Under the pieces are notes generated by a model. That model made no database searches. It was not told the origin of the DNA and saw only the letters and a program-made list of their open reading frames with translations. A stretch of 64,000 nucleotides of DNA from a bacterium (GTDB lineage Bacteria; Verrucomicrobiota; Verrucomicrobiia; Verrucomicrobiales; V1-33): contig JANOAS010000288.1 of the NCBI GenBank assembly GCA_031411255.1, positions 2,776 through 66,775 of the forward strand, in the 5' to 3' direction. Shown one piece after another: positions 37,759-46,776 of the stretch. The translations under genes were made by a program, and so were the position numbers. Every line of letters begins with the position of its first letter. Positions within the stretch are counted from its first letter, which is position 1.

Positions 37759-38244
37759 TCAACGAAACGACAAGTGCTCATGCCCAGGAGCAACGTGCTG
37801 TTCCAATCTCTCCATCAGCACTTCATAGCGAGCCAAGGACATCGGCTCATCAGTCATCAAATGGCGGTCCAGCGCAAGGAATCCACGACGGTGCAGCACC
37901 AGGTGTCCGCAGGCTTCCCCGCGAAGCTCCAAATCCCTGATTTCCTCCCAAGGATAGAATTTGTCGCCCAAAGAAACCCCCTCGGAGGAAATCTGCAGTT
38001 CAAGAACTTTCGACGTGAAATAGTAGTGCAGCATCCTGAATCCAATCCAGCCGAAGAATGCAAGACTGGAGAGCAATGCCAGCTCGATGCAAAAAGCTTC
38101 CTTGGAGTGCATCATCTTCTCTGCCCGCCCGAGAACCCGAATCGTCGCGGCAAGCCAGACCAAAATCAAGACGATGGAGACGACGAGAACCGGCAGTTTT
38201 CGATAGCTGTAGGTGCCACAGTAGAATGGCTTGGACACCGGCAC
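37759..38244 (-). CDS. Hypothetical membrane protein (2 TM plus PH-like tail)
   Basis: Two hydrophobic helices, then LQISSEGV...YPWEEI; visibly lower GC than neighbours. Confidence 0.6.
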   Translation of the reverse strand: MPVSKPFYCGTYSYRKLPVLVVSIVLILVWLAATIRVLGRAEKMMHSKEAFCIELALLSSLAFFGWIGFRMLHYYFTSKVLELQISSEGVSLGDKFYPWEEIRDLELRGEACGHLVLHRRGFLALDRHLMTDEPMSLARYEVLMERLEQHVAPGHEHLSFR

Positions 38245-38260
38245 GCTTCAGCCCCCCGCC

Positions 38261-38533
38261 CTACAAATTCTTCAACTCCTGCTCCAGCCGCTCGCTCAGC
38301 CACTGCTTCATCATGCTCTGATAGTTCAGGTAGCGGGTGCGGGCCAGGCGCTTGATGCGGGCGAGCATGCGCGGGTCAAAGCGGAGCGTGATGGTCGTGG
38401 ATTCGCGCACGTCGCTTTTGACGATGGACGCGTTCATCAGCCGGGCGTCGAGCTGGTGCTCGGCCCAGAAGACGGCCTCCGCCTGGCTGTCCTCGGCGTG
38501 GGGGATCTCGCTCCATTTGCTGATTGATTTCAT
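38261..38533 (-). CDS. BrnA/CopG-type ribbon-helix-helix antitoxin
   Basis: SEIP...EAVFWAEH...TITLRF...LARIKRLA...YQSMMKQWL. Confidence 0.85.
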   Translation of the reverse strand: MKSISKWSEIPHAEDSQAEAVFWAEHQLDARLMNASIVKSDVRESTTITLRFDPRMLARIKRLARTRYLNYQSMMKQWLSERLEQELKNL

Positions 38534-38592
38534 GGTAAGGTGGAAGCGCCGCGACCGGGGCGGGCTGTCTGGGAAAAAGGTGGGAACGGGGG

Positions 38593-38871
38593 TCAGAGCA
38601 TCTCGGCGTTTTTCCGCTCGTAGAAGGCCAGCTCCTCGGGCGTCATCGGGCGGGCAAAGATCACGCGGTATTTTTTCCCGTCGGTCCAGAAGAGGCTGAA
38701 GATTGGGTTCGCGCTGATGGATTTGCCCAGGCAAAAAAAGCGCGACTCGCCCACGTCCTCCATGCCCTCGGGCAGGAGTCGGATGCTGAACGGGTCCTCG
38801 AACGATTCCTCGATTTCTCGCGGGGAGATCGTGCGCAGGTCAAAGGGGACATCCAGCCAGTCAAAGTCCAT
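38593..38871 (-). CDS. BrnT family toxin
   Basis: MDFDW...EIEESFEDP...ESRFFCLG...RVIFARPMTPEE. Confidence 0.8.
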   Translation of the reverse strand: MDFDWLDVPFDLRTISPREIEESFEDPFSIRLLPEGMEDVGESRFFCLGKSISANPIFSLFWTDGKKYRVIFARPMTPEELAFYERKNAEML

Positions 38872-38875
38872 GGTC

Positions 38876-39271
38876 TCAGGATTTTCCGGGGATGGGCCCG
38901 CGCTGGATGAGTTCGATCTCGTAGCCTTCCGGGGCATCGATGAAGGCGAAGACGCTGCCCGTGCTGGTGGTGGTCGGGCCGTCGGAGAGCGGGTAGCCGA
39001 GGCGGGCGGAATGCTCGGCAAAGGTGGCGATGTCCTCGACCTCGAAGGCGAGGTGCGTCAGGTCCGGCCCGACGACCACGGGGCCGCTGGCGTCGTACTG
39101 GCAGATCTCGATGAGTTCTTCGCTGCCAGGAGTTTTCAGGAAGACCAGCTCGGAGCCCCGGGGGGACTTGTGGCGGCGGATTTCCTCAAGACCGAGGACC
39201 TCCGTGTAAAAGGAGACGGTCTTGGCCAGGTCTGCCACGCGGTAGCGCGTGTGGAGGAGTTTGGTAACCAT
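38876..39271 (-). CDS. VOC/glyoxalase I (lactoylglutathione lyase-like)
   Basis: LLHTRYRV.DL...FY..VLG; HLAFEV; FIDAPEGYEIEL. Confidence 0.88.
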   Translation of the reverse strand: MVTKLLHTRYRVADLAKTVSFYTEVLGLEEIRRHKSPRGSELVFLKTPGSEELIEICQYDASGPVVVGPDLTHLAFEVEDIATFAEHSARLGYPLSDGPTTTSTGSVFAFIDAPEGYEIELIQRGPIPGKS

Positions 39272-39400
39272 GGGAGGAGAAGAGCGGCGGGGAAGATCGA
39301 TCTTTCGCCCGCCAGAATCGTTGACTTGGGCGGCGTTTGACCCTTTCATCAAGCCCGAATTTCTCGCAACTTCATTCTTTCACCCCAACCCACCCAGACC

Positions 39401-40885
39401 ATGTATTTCCTCGGCATCGACAGCGGAACCCAGAGCACCAAGGTCGTCGTCCTCGACTTCGAGAGCGGCCAGATCGTCGCCCAGGCATCGGAAAAATACG
39501 ACCTCATCGACGGTCTGCCGCCCGGCCACCTGGAGCAGCACCCGGCGGACTGGATCCGGGCCACGGACAACAGCATCGCCTCCTGTCTGGCGCAGATCGG
39601 TGACAAGCGCAGCGAAATCCGCGGCATCGGCGTCAGCGGCCAGCAGCACGGGCTGGTGGCGCTGGATGCGAATGACCAGGTCGTCCGCCCCGCCAAGCTG
39701 TGGTGCGACACCTCCACCGCCGAGGAGTGCGAAATCCTCGCCGCCGCCTTCGGAGGCAGCGACGGCCTCATCGCCCTCGCCGGGAACGCCATCCCGCCCG
39801 GATTTACCGCGCCAAAAATCCTCTGGCTCAAGCGCCACGAGCCGGAAAACTTCGCCCGGACAAAAACCGTCCTCCTGCCCCACGACTACCTGAATTTCCG
39901 CCTCTCGGGGGTGAAGCGCATGGAGTTTGGCGACGCCTCCGGCACCGGCCTACTGAACGTGCGCACACGCACGTGGGAAAAGCGCCTCCTCGATGCCATC
40001 GATCCCTCCGTGGCCGCCATGCTGCCGCCCGTCGGTTCCTCGCTGGAGGTGCACGGCACGCTGCGCGAGGAACTTCGCGCCCGGTGGGACCTGCCTGAGG
40101 GCATCATCATCAGCGCCGGCGGCGGGGACAACATGATGGGCGCCATCGGCACGGGAAATGTCCGGCCCGGCGTCGTGACGGCCAGCCTGGGCACCTCCGG
40201 CACGCTCTACGCCACCGCCGCACAGCCGGTCGTGGACCCGCAGGGCGAGGTCGCCGCCTTCTGCGACAGCACGGACCAGTGGCTGCCGCTCGTCTGCACC
40301 ATGAACGTCACCGTCCTCACCGAGCACGTGCGCAAGCTCTTCGGCTGGGACCACGCCCAGCTCGAGCAGCACGTCCTGTCCGCCCCCGCCGGAGCCGACG
40401 GCCTCATTTTCCTGCCCTACCTGAACGGCGAGCGCACGCCCAACCTCCCCAACGGACGCGGCCTGCTCCACGGCCTGCGCATGGACAACATGACCCCGGC
40501 CCACCTCGCCCGCGCCGCCGTGGAGGGCGTCACCGTCGGCCTCGCCTACGGCCTGCGCCGTTTCGCCGAGCTGGGAGTCACCCCCACGGAGATCCGCCTC
40601 ACCGGCGGCGGCAGCCAGAGTGCCGCCTGGCGCCAGATCTGCGCAGACGTCTTCGGCGTGCCCGTCGTCACCCTCGCCACCGCAGAGGGAGCCGGCCTCG
40701 GCGGAGCCATCCAGGCCGCCGCCGCCGCGCTGAAACAACCCATCACCACCCTCACCGACCGCCTCGTCGCCGTCGATGAAGCCTCCCGCTGCCTCCCCAA
40801 CCCCGCCAACGTCGCCCTCTACCAGGCCCAGCTGGCGAGGCAGACGGAGCTGACGCGAAAGCTGCATGAAATAGGAGAAATCTGA
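39401..40885 (+). CDS. xylB: Xylulokinase (FGGY family)
   Basis: GIDSGTQSTK; SGQQHG; FTAPK; GGGDN; SLGTSG; PYLNGERTP; GGGSQS. Confidence 0.9.
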   Translation: MYFLGIDSGTQSTKVVVLDFESGQIVAQASEKYDLIDGLPPGHLEQHPADWIRATDNSIASCLAQIGDKRSEIRGIGVSGQQHGLVALDANDQVVRPAKLWCDTSTAEECEILAAAFGGSDGLIALAGNAIPPGFTAPKILWLKRHEPENFARTKTVLLPHDYLNFRLSGVKRMEFGDASGTGLLNVRTRTWEKRLLDAIDPSVAAMLPPVGSSLEVHGTLREELRARWDLPEGIIISAGGGDNMMGAIGTGNVRPGVVTASLGTSGTLYATAAQPVVDPQGEVAAFCDSTDQWLPLVCTMNVTVLTEHVRKLFGWDHAQLEQHVLSAPAGADGLIFLPYLNGERTPNLPNGRGLLHGLRMDNMTPAHLARAAVEGVTVGLAYGLRRFAELGVTPTEIRLTGGGSQSAAWRQICADVFGVPVVTLATAEGAGLGGAIQAAAAALKQPITTLTDRLVAVDEASRCLPNPANVALYQAQLARQTELTRKLHEIGEI

Positions 40886-40924
40886 GTGGGTGTGGAAGCG
40901 CTGTGTGCTGGAGGGGGCGGGGCC

Positions 40925-41089
40925 GGAAATTGCTAATTGGAGATTGTTGATTGCTAATTGCTAATTTCCGAACCTCCGGGGAACACCACCCGCCAAATCG
41001 CCCCACAGCGTCCCCCTCCGACCCAAACGCCCCCAACAGCGCCCCGCAATTAGCAATTAGCAATCAACAATCTCCAATTAGCAATTTCC
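40925..41089. repeat. Perfect 42-bp inverted repeat built from TTGCTAA-type heptamers, 81-bp spacer
   Basis: 40925-40966 GGAAATTGCTAATTGGAGATTGTTGATTGCTAATTGCTAATT is the exact reverse complement of 41048-41089. Confidence 0.9.
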
Positions 41090-41136
41090 CCCCTCCCCCA
41101 CCCACTCGCTTCCTCCCTCCCCACCGCTCCCAACCA

Positions 41137-41781
41137 ATGGCCAAGCTCCGCCTTCCTCCTTCCTTCCTCGGCTGGCTCATCGCGGGACTGGTCAAAGTGA
41201 TCGGCCTCACCCTGCGGTGGCGAGTCGATGACCGGGCGGGCATGCTCACCAGCCCGCCGGACCACCCGGTGATCTGGTGCTTCTGGCACAACCGCCTGCT
41301 CATGGTGCCCCTCATTTACTGGAAGGTCCTGCGCCACCGCCCCGCCGGGTTCCTCACCAGCCCCAGCGGAGACGGGGAAATCGTCGCCCGCATCATGGCC
41401 AGGTTCGGCCTCACCGCCGTCCGGGGCTCCAGCAACAAGCGCCCCGTCGCCTCCCTGCGCGAACTCATCATCGAGTCCCAGTCCGGCCGCGACATGGGCC
41501 TCACCCCCGACGGGCCGCGCGGCCCCCGCTACGTGCTCAAGGCCGGCGTCATCCTCCTCGCCCAAAAAACGGGCCAGCCCGTCTTTCCCGTCCACATCCG
41601 CCCCCGGCGCTTCTGGCAGATGAAGACCTGGGACCGATTCCTCATCCCGAAGCCATTCTCCATCGTCGACGTCGTCTTCGACACCCTCCAGACCATCCCG
41701 CAAACCAACGACTCCACCGCCTTCGAAGCCGAGCGGGCGCGGGTGGAGCGCCTTCTGGTTGAGGGAACGGGGGAGGTGTAA
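41137..41781 (+). CDS. DUF374 lysophospholipid acyltransferase family protein
   Basis: CFWHNR; SPSGDGE; VRGSS; TPDGPRGP; WDRFLIPKPF. Confidence 0.88.
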   Translation: MAKLRLPPSFLGWLIAGLVKVIGLTLRWRVDDRAGMLTSPPDHPVIWCFWHNRLLMVPLIYWKVLRHRPAGFLTSPSGDGEIVARIMARFGLTAVRGSSNKRPVASLRELIIESQSGRDMGLTPDGPRGPRYVLKAGVILLAQKTGQPVFPVHIRPRRFWQMKTWDRFLIPKPFSIVDVVFDTLQTIPQTNDSTAFEAERARVERLLVEGTGEV

Positions 41782-41997
41782 AGCAGGGCGACTGAGTAGT
41801 TTTCACCACGTCGCCCGGAAAAGCCGGCTTGCAGCCCCGCTGGCAGGCTCCGGCGGAACCTCCGCCCAATGATTCGGAACTCCTGCGCAGCACCGCCCGG
41901 CACAGGCACTACCCTCAGCCACAGGGATGGTTTTTGGGGGACGACAACCTCCAGACAAACAAACCCGGGCGGTGTCGAAATAAACAACTCAATCACC

Positions 41998-42465
41998 ATG
42001 AAAACACTAAGCACCTTGATTGCAATTCTGGCTGGAGCAACGCTGGCCGCTACCCCCTTGCGAGCCGATGAGCCGGCGAAGGAAATGAAATGCTCTGAAA
42101 AAAAGGAGGGCGAGGCAAAGAAGCCTGGGATGGAAAAAATGCAGAAGGAGGTGAAGGCCATGGAGAACGAGGAAAAGGCCGCAACGGCCGAGTTGGACAA
42201 GCTGTTCAATGCGATGAACTCGAGCGTCGGCGAAGAGAAGACCGAGGCCATGGCGGCCATCCTCAACAAGATGGACAAGAAGAACGCTGCGGCGGGTGAG
42301 GCGGGCTACTACACTTGCAAGATGCACCCCGCAGTGCGCTGGCCCGTGCCGGGAAAATGCCCCATCTGCTCCATGGACCTCGTGCCGCTGGCCAAAACGC
42401 CCGCCGATGCCCCGCCCGCCGGGGAACCCAAAAAGGCCGACGATCCCCACGCCGCCCATCATTGA
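41998..42465 (+). CDS. Periplasmic heavy-metal-binding domain protein
   Basis: Signal peptide; Met-rich helical region; YTCKMHP...GKCPICSMDL; terminal PHAAHH. Confidence 0.8.
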   Translation: MKTLSTLIAILAGATLAATPLRADEPAKEMKCSEKKEGEAKKPGMEKMQKEVKAMENEEKAATAELDKLFNAMNSSVGEEKTEAMAAILNKMDKKNAAAGEAGYYTCKMHPAVRWPVPGKCPICSMDLVPLAKTPADAPPAGEPKKADDPHAAHH

Positions 42466-42685
42466 GGCAGGTTTTCCTCCAGGGAATGACCGCCCAACTG
42501 CGGCGGGTCCAAACTTTTCCTGCTGATTAAAGGCAGCGCCGGCCCCTCCGTGTCCTGCAGCGACGAGGGAGGCCGGTCCGGCGCTCGTTCCAGCACCCGG
42601 AACCTGCCCCCTCCCCCTCCCCAACTTTCAGACGCGGCCATGATTCCCTTGCACATTGCCGCGTTTCCGGTTCAGAGTGCCGCCC

Positions 42686-44290
42686 ATGGATGAAGAGGTC
42701 TCCCCACCTCCCTCATCACGCTGGATTCGATTCAGGCGGCGCTGGTTTCCACGCAGCCAGTTCGGGATGTCGGCGTGGTTGTTTCCCCGGCTCCTCGCCC
42801 TTGTGTACGGCGTGGCCGTGTCCTCGTGGCTGCGTCAGGCGGAGGGGTTGATCGGCCCGGACGGAGTCGCCCCCATGCGCCAGTGGTTCCCCGCCCTGCG
42901 CCAGTGGCTGGAGCAGCAGGGCCTCACGGGCTTCTGGTCCGCTCCCGGCCTCTTTTGGTTCAGCCAGTCCATGGACCTGCACTTCTGGGTCTGCCTCGCC
43001 GGGCTGCTCATGGCGGCACTCGTCATGGCCGGCGTGGCCCAGGGGCCGCTGCTGCTGCTGCTTTGGGCTGTATACCTCTCCCTCTGCCAGGCCGGGCAGG
43101 TCTTCATGGGGTACCAGTGGGACGCCCTGCTCCTCGAGGCCGGGCTGCTCGGGGCCATCCTCGCCCCGTGGAGGCTGTGGTCCCCCCCGCGCGTTCTCCA
43201 GCTGCCCTCGCGCACGGCCCTCTTTGCCCTGCATCTGCTGCTCTTCCGCCTCATGTTTTTTTCCGGCTGGGTCAAGCACTCCAGCGGGGACTCCACTTGG
43301 GCCGCCTTCACCGCCCTCAGGTTTCACTACGAGACGCAGCCCCTCCCCACCGCCCTCGGCTGGTACGCCCACCAGCTTTCCCCCGCCTGGCAGGTCTTCT
43401 CCTGCCGGGCCATGTTCGTCATTGAGCTGGGCTTCCCCTTCCTCATCTTCCTCGGCCGCTGGCCGCGCGCCCTGGCCGCCGCCGGCTTCATCCTGCTGAA
43501 CAGCCTCATCCTCCTCACCGGGAATTACACCTTTTTCAACTGGCTGACCATCTTCCTCTCCCTCCTCCTCCTGGACGACGCCCTCTGGCCGCGCCGCTGG
43601 CGGGGCGCATGGCTGCGGGGAAACATCAGCCGGGTCCGCGGCTGGGGATCACACTGGCGCACCGCGTGCCTCCTGCCGCTGCTCCTGGCCGCCGTCGTCA
43701 CTGAGGCGCGCCGCTGGGATGTGCGGGACCCCGCCACCGGCCAGCTCACCCGCAGCCTCGCCCCCGCCCCGCTGCGCTCCGCCGTCGAGCACGCCGCCGC
43801 CTTCCGCTCCGTGAACGACTACGGCCTCTTCGCCGTCATGACCACCGAGCGCGTCGAGATCTCCATCGAGGTCTGCGACGCCTCCGGCGAATGGAAGGAA
43901 TACCCCTTCCGCTACAAGCCTGGCGATACCGCTCAGCGCCCGCCCTTCATCGCCCCGCACCAGCCGCGGCTCGACTGGCAGATGTGGTTCGCCGCCCTGC
44001 GCGGCCCGTACCGCATGCCGGAGGACACGCTGAATTCCCAAACCGCCTGGGTCAGCCGCTTTGTCGAGTGCCTCCTCCGCGAGCAGCCCGCCGTCGCCTC
44101 ACTCCTCGGCCCCAGCCCGCTCCAGCCTGGTGAAATCCGGAAGCTCCGCATGAAATTCCACCGCTACCATTTCACCGACTCCGCCACCCGCCAGTCCACC
44201 GGCCACTGGTGGACCCGCGAAGACGCCGGCATTTATTTCCCCGAAGTCCAGCTCAACACAGCGCCGCCCGCCACGGCCGAAGCCCAGTGA
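42686..44290 (+). CDS. Lipase maturation factor (LMF) family membrane protein
   Basis: YQWDALLLEAG; FRLMF.SG.VK; HYETQPLP; TGNYTFFN; YGLFAVMT; PHQPRLDWQMWFAAL. Confidence 0.93.
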   Translation: MDEEVSPPPSSRWIRFRRRWFPRSQFGMSAWLFPRLLALVYGVAVSSWLRQAEGLIGPDGVAPMRQWFPALRQWLEQQGLTGFWSAPGLFWFSQSMDLHFWVCLAGLLMAALVMAGVAQGPLLLLLWAVYLSLCQAGQVFMGYQWDALLLEAGLLGAILAPWRLWSPPRVLQLPSRTALFALHLLLFRLMFFSGWVKHSSGDSTWAAFTALRFHYETQPLPTALGWYAHQLSPAWQVFSCRAMFVIELGFPFLIFLGRWPRALAAAGFILLNSLILLTGNYTFFNWLTIFLSLLLLDDALWPRRWRGAWLRGNISRVRGWGSHWRTACLLPLLLAAVVTEARRWDVRDPATGQLTRSLAPAPLRSAVEHAAAFRSVNDYGLFAVMTTERVEISIEVCDASGEWKEYPFRYKPGDTAQRPPFIAPHQPRLDWQMWFAALRGPYRMPEDTLNSQTAWVSRFVECLLREQPAVASLLGPSPLQPGEIRKLRMKFHRYHFTDSATRQSTGHWWTREDAGIYFPEVQLNTAPPATAEAQ

Positions 44291-44376
44291 ACAGTACAGG
44301 CGGAGAATGGATTCAGGGTGGGTTCCAGAGCATCCACAGTTTCCGCGGCGTGGATTCCCTCCGGCCAAATCCCGGC

Positions 44377-46710
44377 TCACTCCCGCTTTAACACCTGCCG
44401 CTCCTTCTCCTCCGTGCGCACGCTCCGTTCCACCAGACTGCGGGCCGGGGCCGGTTTTTTGGCATCCAGCCAGGCTCCCAGTCTTGCCCGCAGCTCTCCC
44501 AGTTTTCCGGCCACGCCGGGGCCGAACTCCATCGTGCCGGCGTCGTCATCGTTCTTCTTTTTGAGTGACGCCTGGAGGCCGAGGAATTCCTTCACCGCCG
44601 GCTCCAGCGCGCGCCGGGGCTGGCCGCTCGCCTTTGCGTAGAGCATCAGGTATTCCACCAGCTGCTGTCCCTGGCGGTAGCTCTTCAGCCGCACGCTGGG
44701 CGAGACAACAGGGTCCCCCGCGCCACGGGCCGGGTAGAAAAGGGAGAGCGCGTCCGGCTTTTCCCACGACTCGCGCGAGCCGATCGTCTGCCACGGCAGC
44801 ACGCCGTCCGCACCCAGGCACCACGCGTCCAGGCACCAGGCCGCAGGCTGGATCACCCGCTCCGCGGGAGCTGCCGTCGATCCATACAGCGTCACCTGCG
44901 TCCCCCACGCCGCCTGCCTGGCCGAGATGCGCTCGCGATACGGCCGCAGCGCCCCGCTCACCACCTCCATGCCCGTCACGCCGTCCAGCAGGTCGCGCTG
45001 CCACTCGGGCCGGGAAATATCGCAGCGGAAAAGCGCATTGGGCGCGATTCCACGCGCCGCGCGGTTGAACTCCTGTCCATACCGCCGCAGCGCCCAGAAG
45101 TCCTGCGTGTTCACCGGCTCGTCAAAGACCCACGGCGCGGAGCAGGAACTCCACGTGCCCCGCTGCTCCTTGAAGTAGACCTTGTTGTTCAGGTAGAACT
45201 GCAGCTGAGGCTCCGTCCAGCCGCGCGCCTTCGCGTGGGATGCCAGTTCCTTCGCCATCGCAGAAAATTTCGCCCAGTAGTCCGCGTCGAAGGCGTTCTC
45301 CACCCAGTAGCCGCCCTTGAAGTGCGCATGCACATCCGCCGGCCAGTGCTCGTTCAGCGGCAGGTAAAAGGCGTCCACCGGCACTCCGGAGCGCGGCAGA
45401 TCCTTGAACGCCGTGCCGTCCAGCAGCGGGCCAAACCGCGCATCCCACGCCGTCCAGTCCCAGCCGCCTGCCTTCGCCACCGGGGCGCAGCCGTCGGAAA
45501 CCTGGCCGTTCCACCCGTAGCGGAGCACATTCAGATTCAGCCGGTGCTCATGCGCCAGCCGGTACCATGCCACCTCGTCCTTCGCCTGGCCCGGCAGCCC
45601 GTAGGCATTCATCTCCGGCACGAAGGACAGCCGGTCCGGCAGCGTGAAATCCCACACCCGCAGCTCCACCGGCCACTTCTTTTCCCCCACGCGGATCGTC
45701 ACCGCATGCACCCCCGCCGCCGCCTCGCGTGGCACTTGGATTTCCCCCACTACACGCCCCGTGCCCGACGCTGGCACCAGCGCATCCTTCTCCATCCCCC
45801 AGACCCGCGCCTGCAACCCCGGGGCCTCTATTTCCACCGCCTCCCCGGCGCCGCGTGCCACGAAAAATGCCACCGCTTCATTCCGCGCCGCCGCCAGGTG
45901 ATCCCCCAGCGGCTCGCCCGTGAGGTCAGTCAGCAGTGCCTTCGAGACAGGCGTTGCCCCGGCCACCGCAGGCGGCAGTACGCCCGCCGCCACCGGCGCT
46001 GCGGCTTTAGGCGTCTGCTTCACCGGAGCCGGTGCCCCCTCGGCTAGCCACACCAGGAAATACGGAGCCACCGTTTTGTTCATGTCCCGGCTGGCCACGT
46101 AGCGGTTCGGAAACAGCTTCCATTTAAACTTCTCACCGTCCCTCACGTACTCCGACCCCGTGTCATCCTGGATGAACACCCCGTGGCTCGCCCCCGCCGC
46201 GCACGCCTCCACTACACCGGCCTCCACCGGCACCACCTGCCAGCCCGCCCCGTCTCGAGCCGAGGCATCGCCAAAGCCCCACCGCGTGCCGCCCAGTCCC
46301 GCCACCACCCACGTCACGTCAGATCCAGCGCCCGCCCACGTCTGCCCCGGTGCTGCCCAGCGGAAGGACGCCCCCGTTCCCTTGTCATAGCTGGATCCCG
46401 TGCCCTCCTCCCACGCCGCCCCCACCGTCGATACCGTCACCCGCCCCAGCGGCGCATCCTTCGACTCCAGGTGCAGCCACAGCTCAGCCCGGGCCACCTT
46501 TTTCCCCGCCAGGGCCCCCCAGTCCCCGTCCACCAGTGCGAACTCCTGGATTCCCTTCAGCTTCATCCTGGGCGATCCGCCATTGTTCCCCTCCTGCTCC
46601 GCCGGAAACGCTGAAATCCAGGCGTCCCGCGTCACCGGCACCCTCACAGGTTCCGCCGCCAGCGCAGTGCCGCAAACTCCCATCAAAACCAGGCTCAGGA
46701 ATATTTTCAT
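44377..46710 (-). CDS. Secreted protein with DNRLRE/CBM96-like N-terminus and GH123/DUF4091-like C-terminal region
   Basis: Signal peptide; VTRDAWIS...NNGG; LRVWDFTLP; FDEP; SVRLKSYRQG...EYL. Confidence 0.6.
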   Translation of the reverse strand: MKIFLSLVLMGVCGTALAAEPVRVPVTRDAWISAFPAEQEGNNGGSPRMKLKGIQEFALVDGDWGALAGKKVARAELWLHLESKDAPLGRVTVSTVGAAWEEGTGSSYDKGTGASFRWAAPGQTWAGAGSDVTWVVAGLGGTRWGFGDASARDGAGWQVVPVEAGVVEACAAGASHGVFIQDDTGSEYVRDGEKFKWKLFPNRYVASRDMNKTVAPYFLVWLAEGAPAPVKQTPKAAAPVAAGVLPPAVAGATPVSKALLTDLTGEPLGDHLAAARNEAVAFFVARGAGEAVEIEAPGLQARVWGMEKDALVPASGTGRVVGEIQVPREAAAGVHAVTIRVGEKKWPVELRVWDFTLPDRLSFVPEMNAYGLPGQAKDEVAWYRLAHEHRLNLNVLRYGWNGQVSDGCAPVAKAGGWDWTAWDARFGPLLDGTAFKDLPRSGVPVDAFYLPLNEHWPADVHAHFKGGYWVENAFDADYWAKFSAMAKELASHAKARGWTEPQLQFYLNNKVYFKEQRGTWSSCSAPWVFDEPVNTQDFWALRRYGQEFNRAARGIAPNALFRCDISRPEWQRDLLDGVTGMEVVSGALRPYRERISARQAAWGTQVTLYGSTAAPAERVIQPAAWCLDAWCLGADGVLPWQTIGSRESWEKPDALSLFYPARGAGDPVVSPSVRLKSYRQGQQLVEYLMLYAKASGQPRRALEPAVKEFLGLQASLKKKNDDDAGTMEFGPGVAGKLGELRARLGAWLDAKKPAPARSLVERSVRTEEKERQVLKRE

Positions 46711-46776
46711 CCGCGCAGTGTGGACAGTTTCCCCGTCCACCGAAAGAAAAAAATCGCCTGATCAGGCAGACAGGCC

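Noticed and set aside
40925-41089. Possible CRISPR array
   Set aside because: The repeats are inverted and heptameric, with no direct repeat-spacer series and no cas genes.
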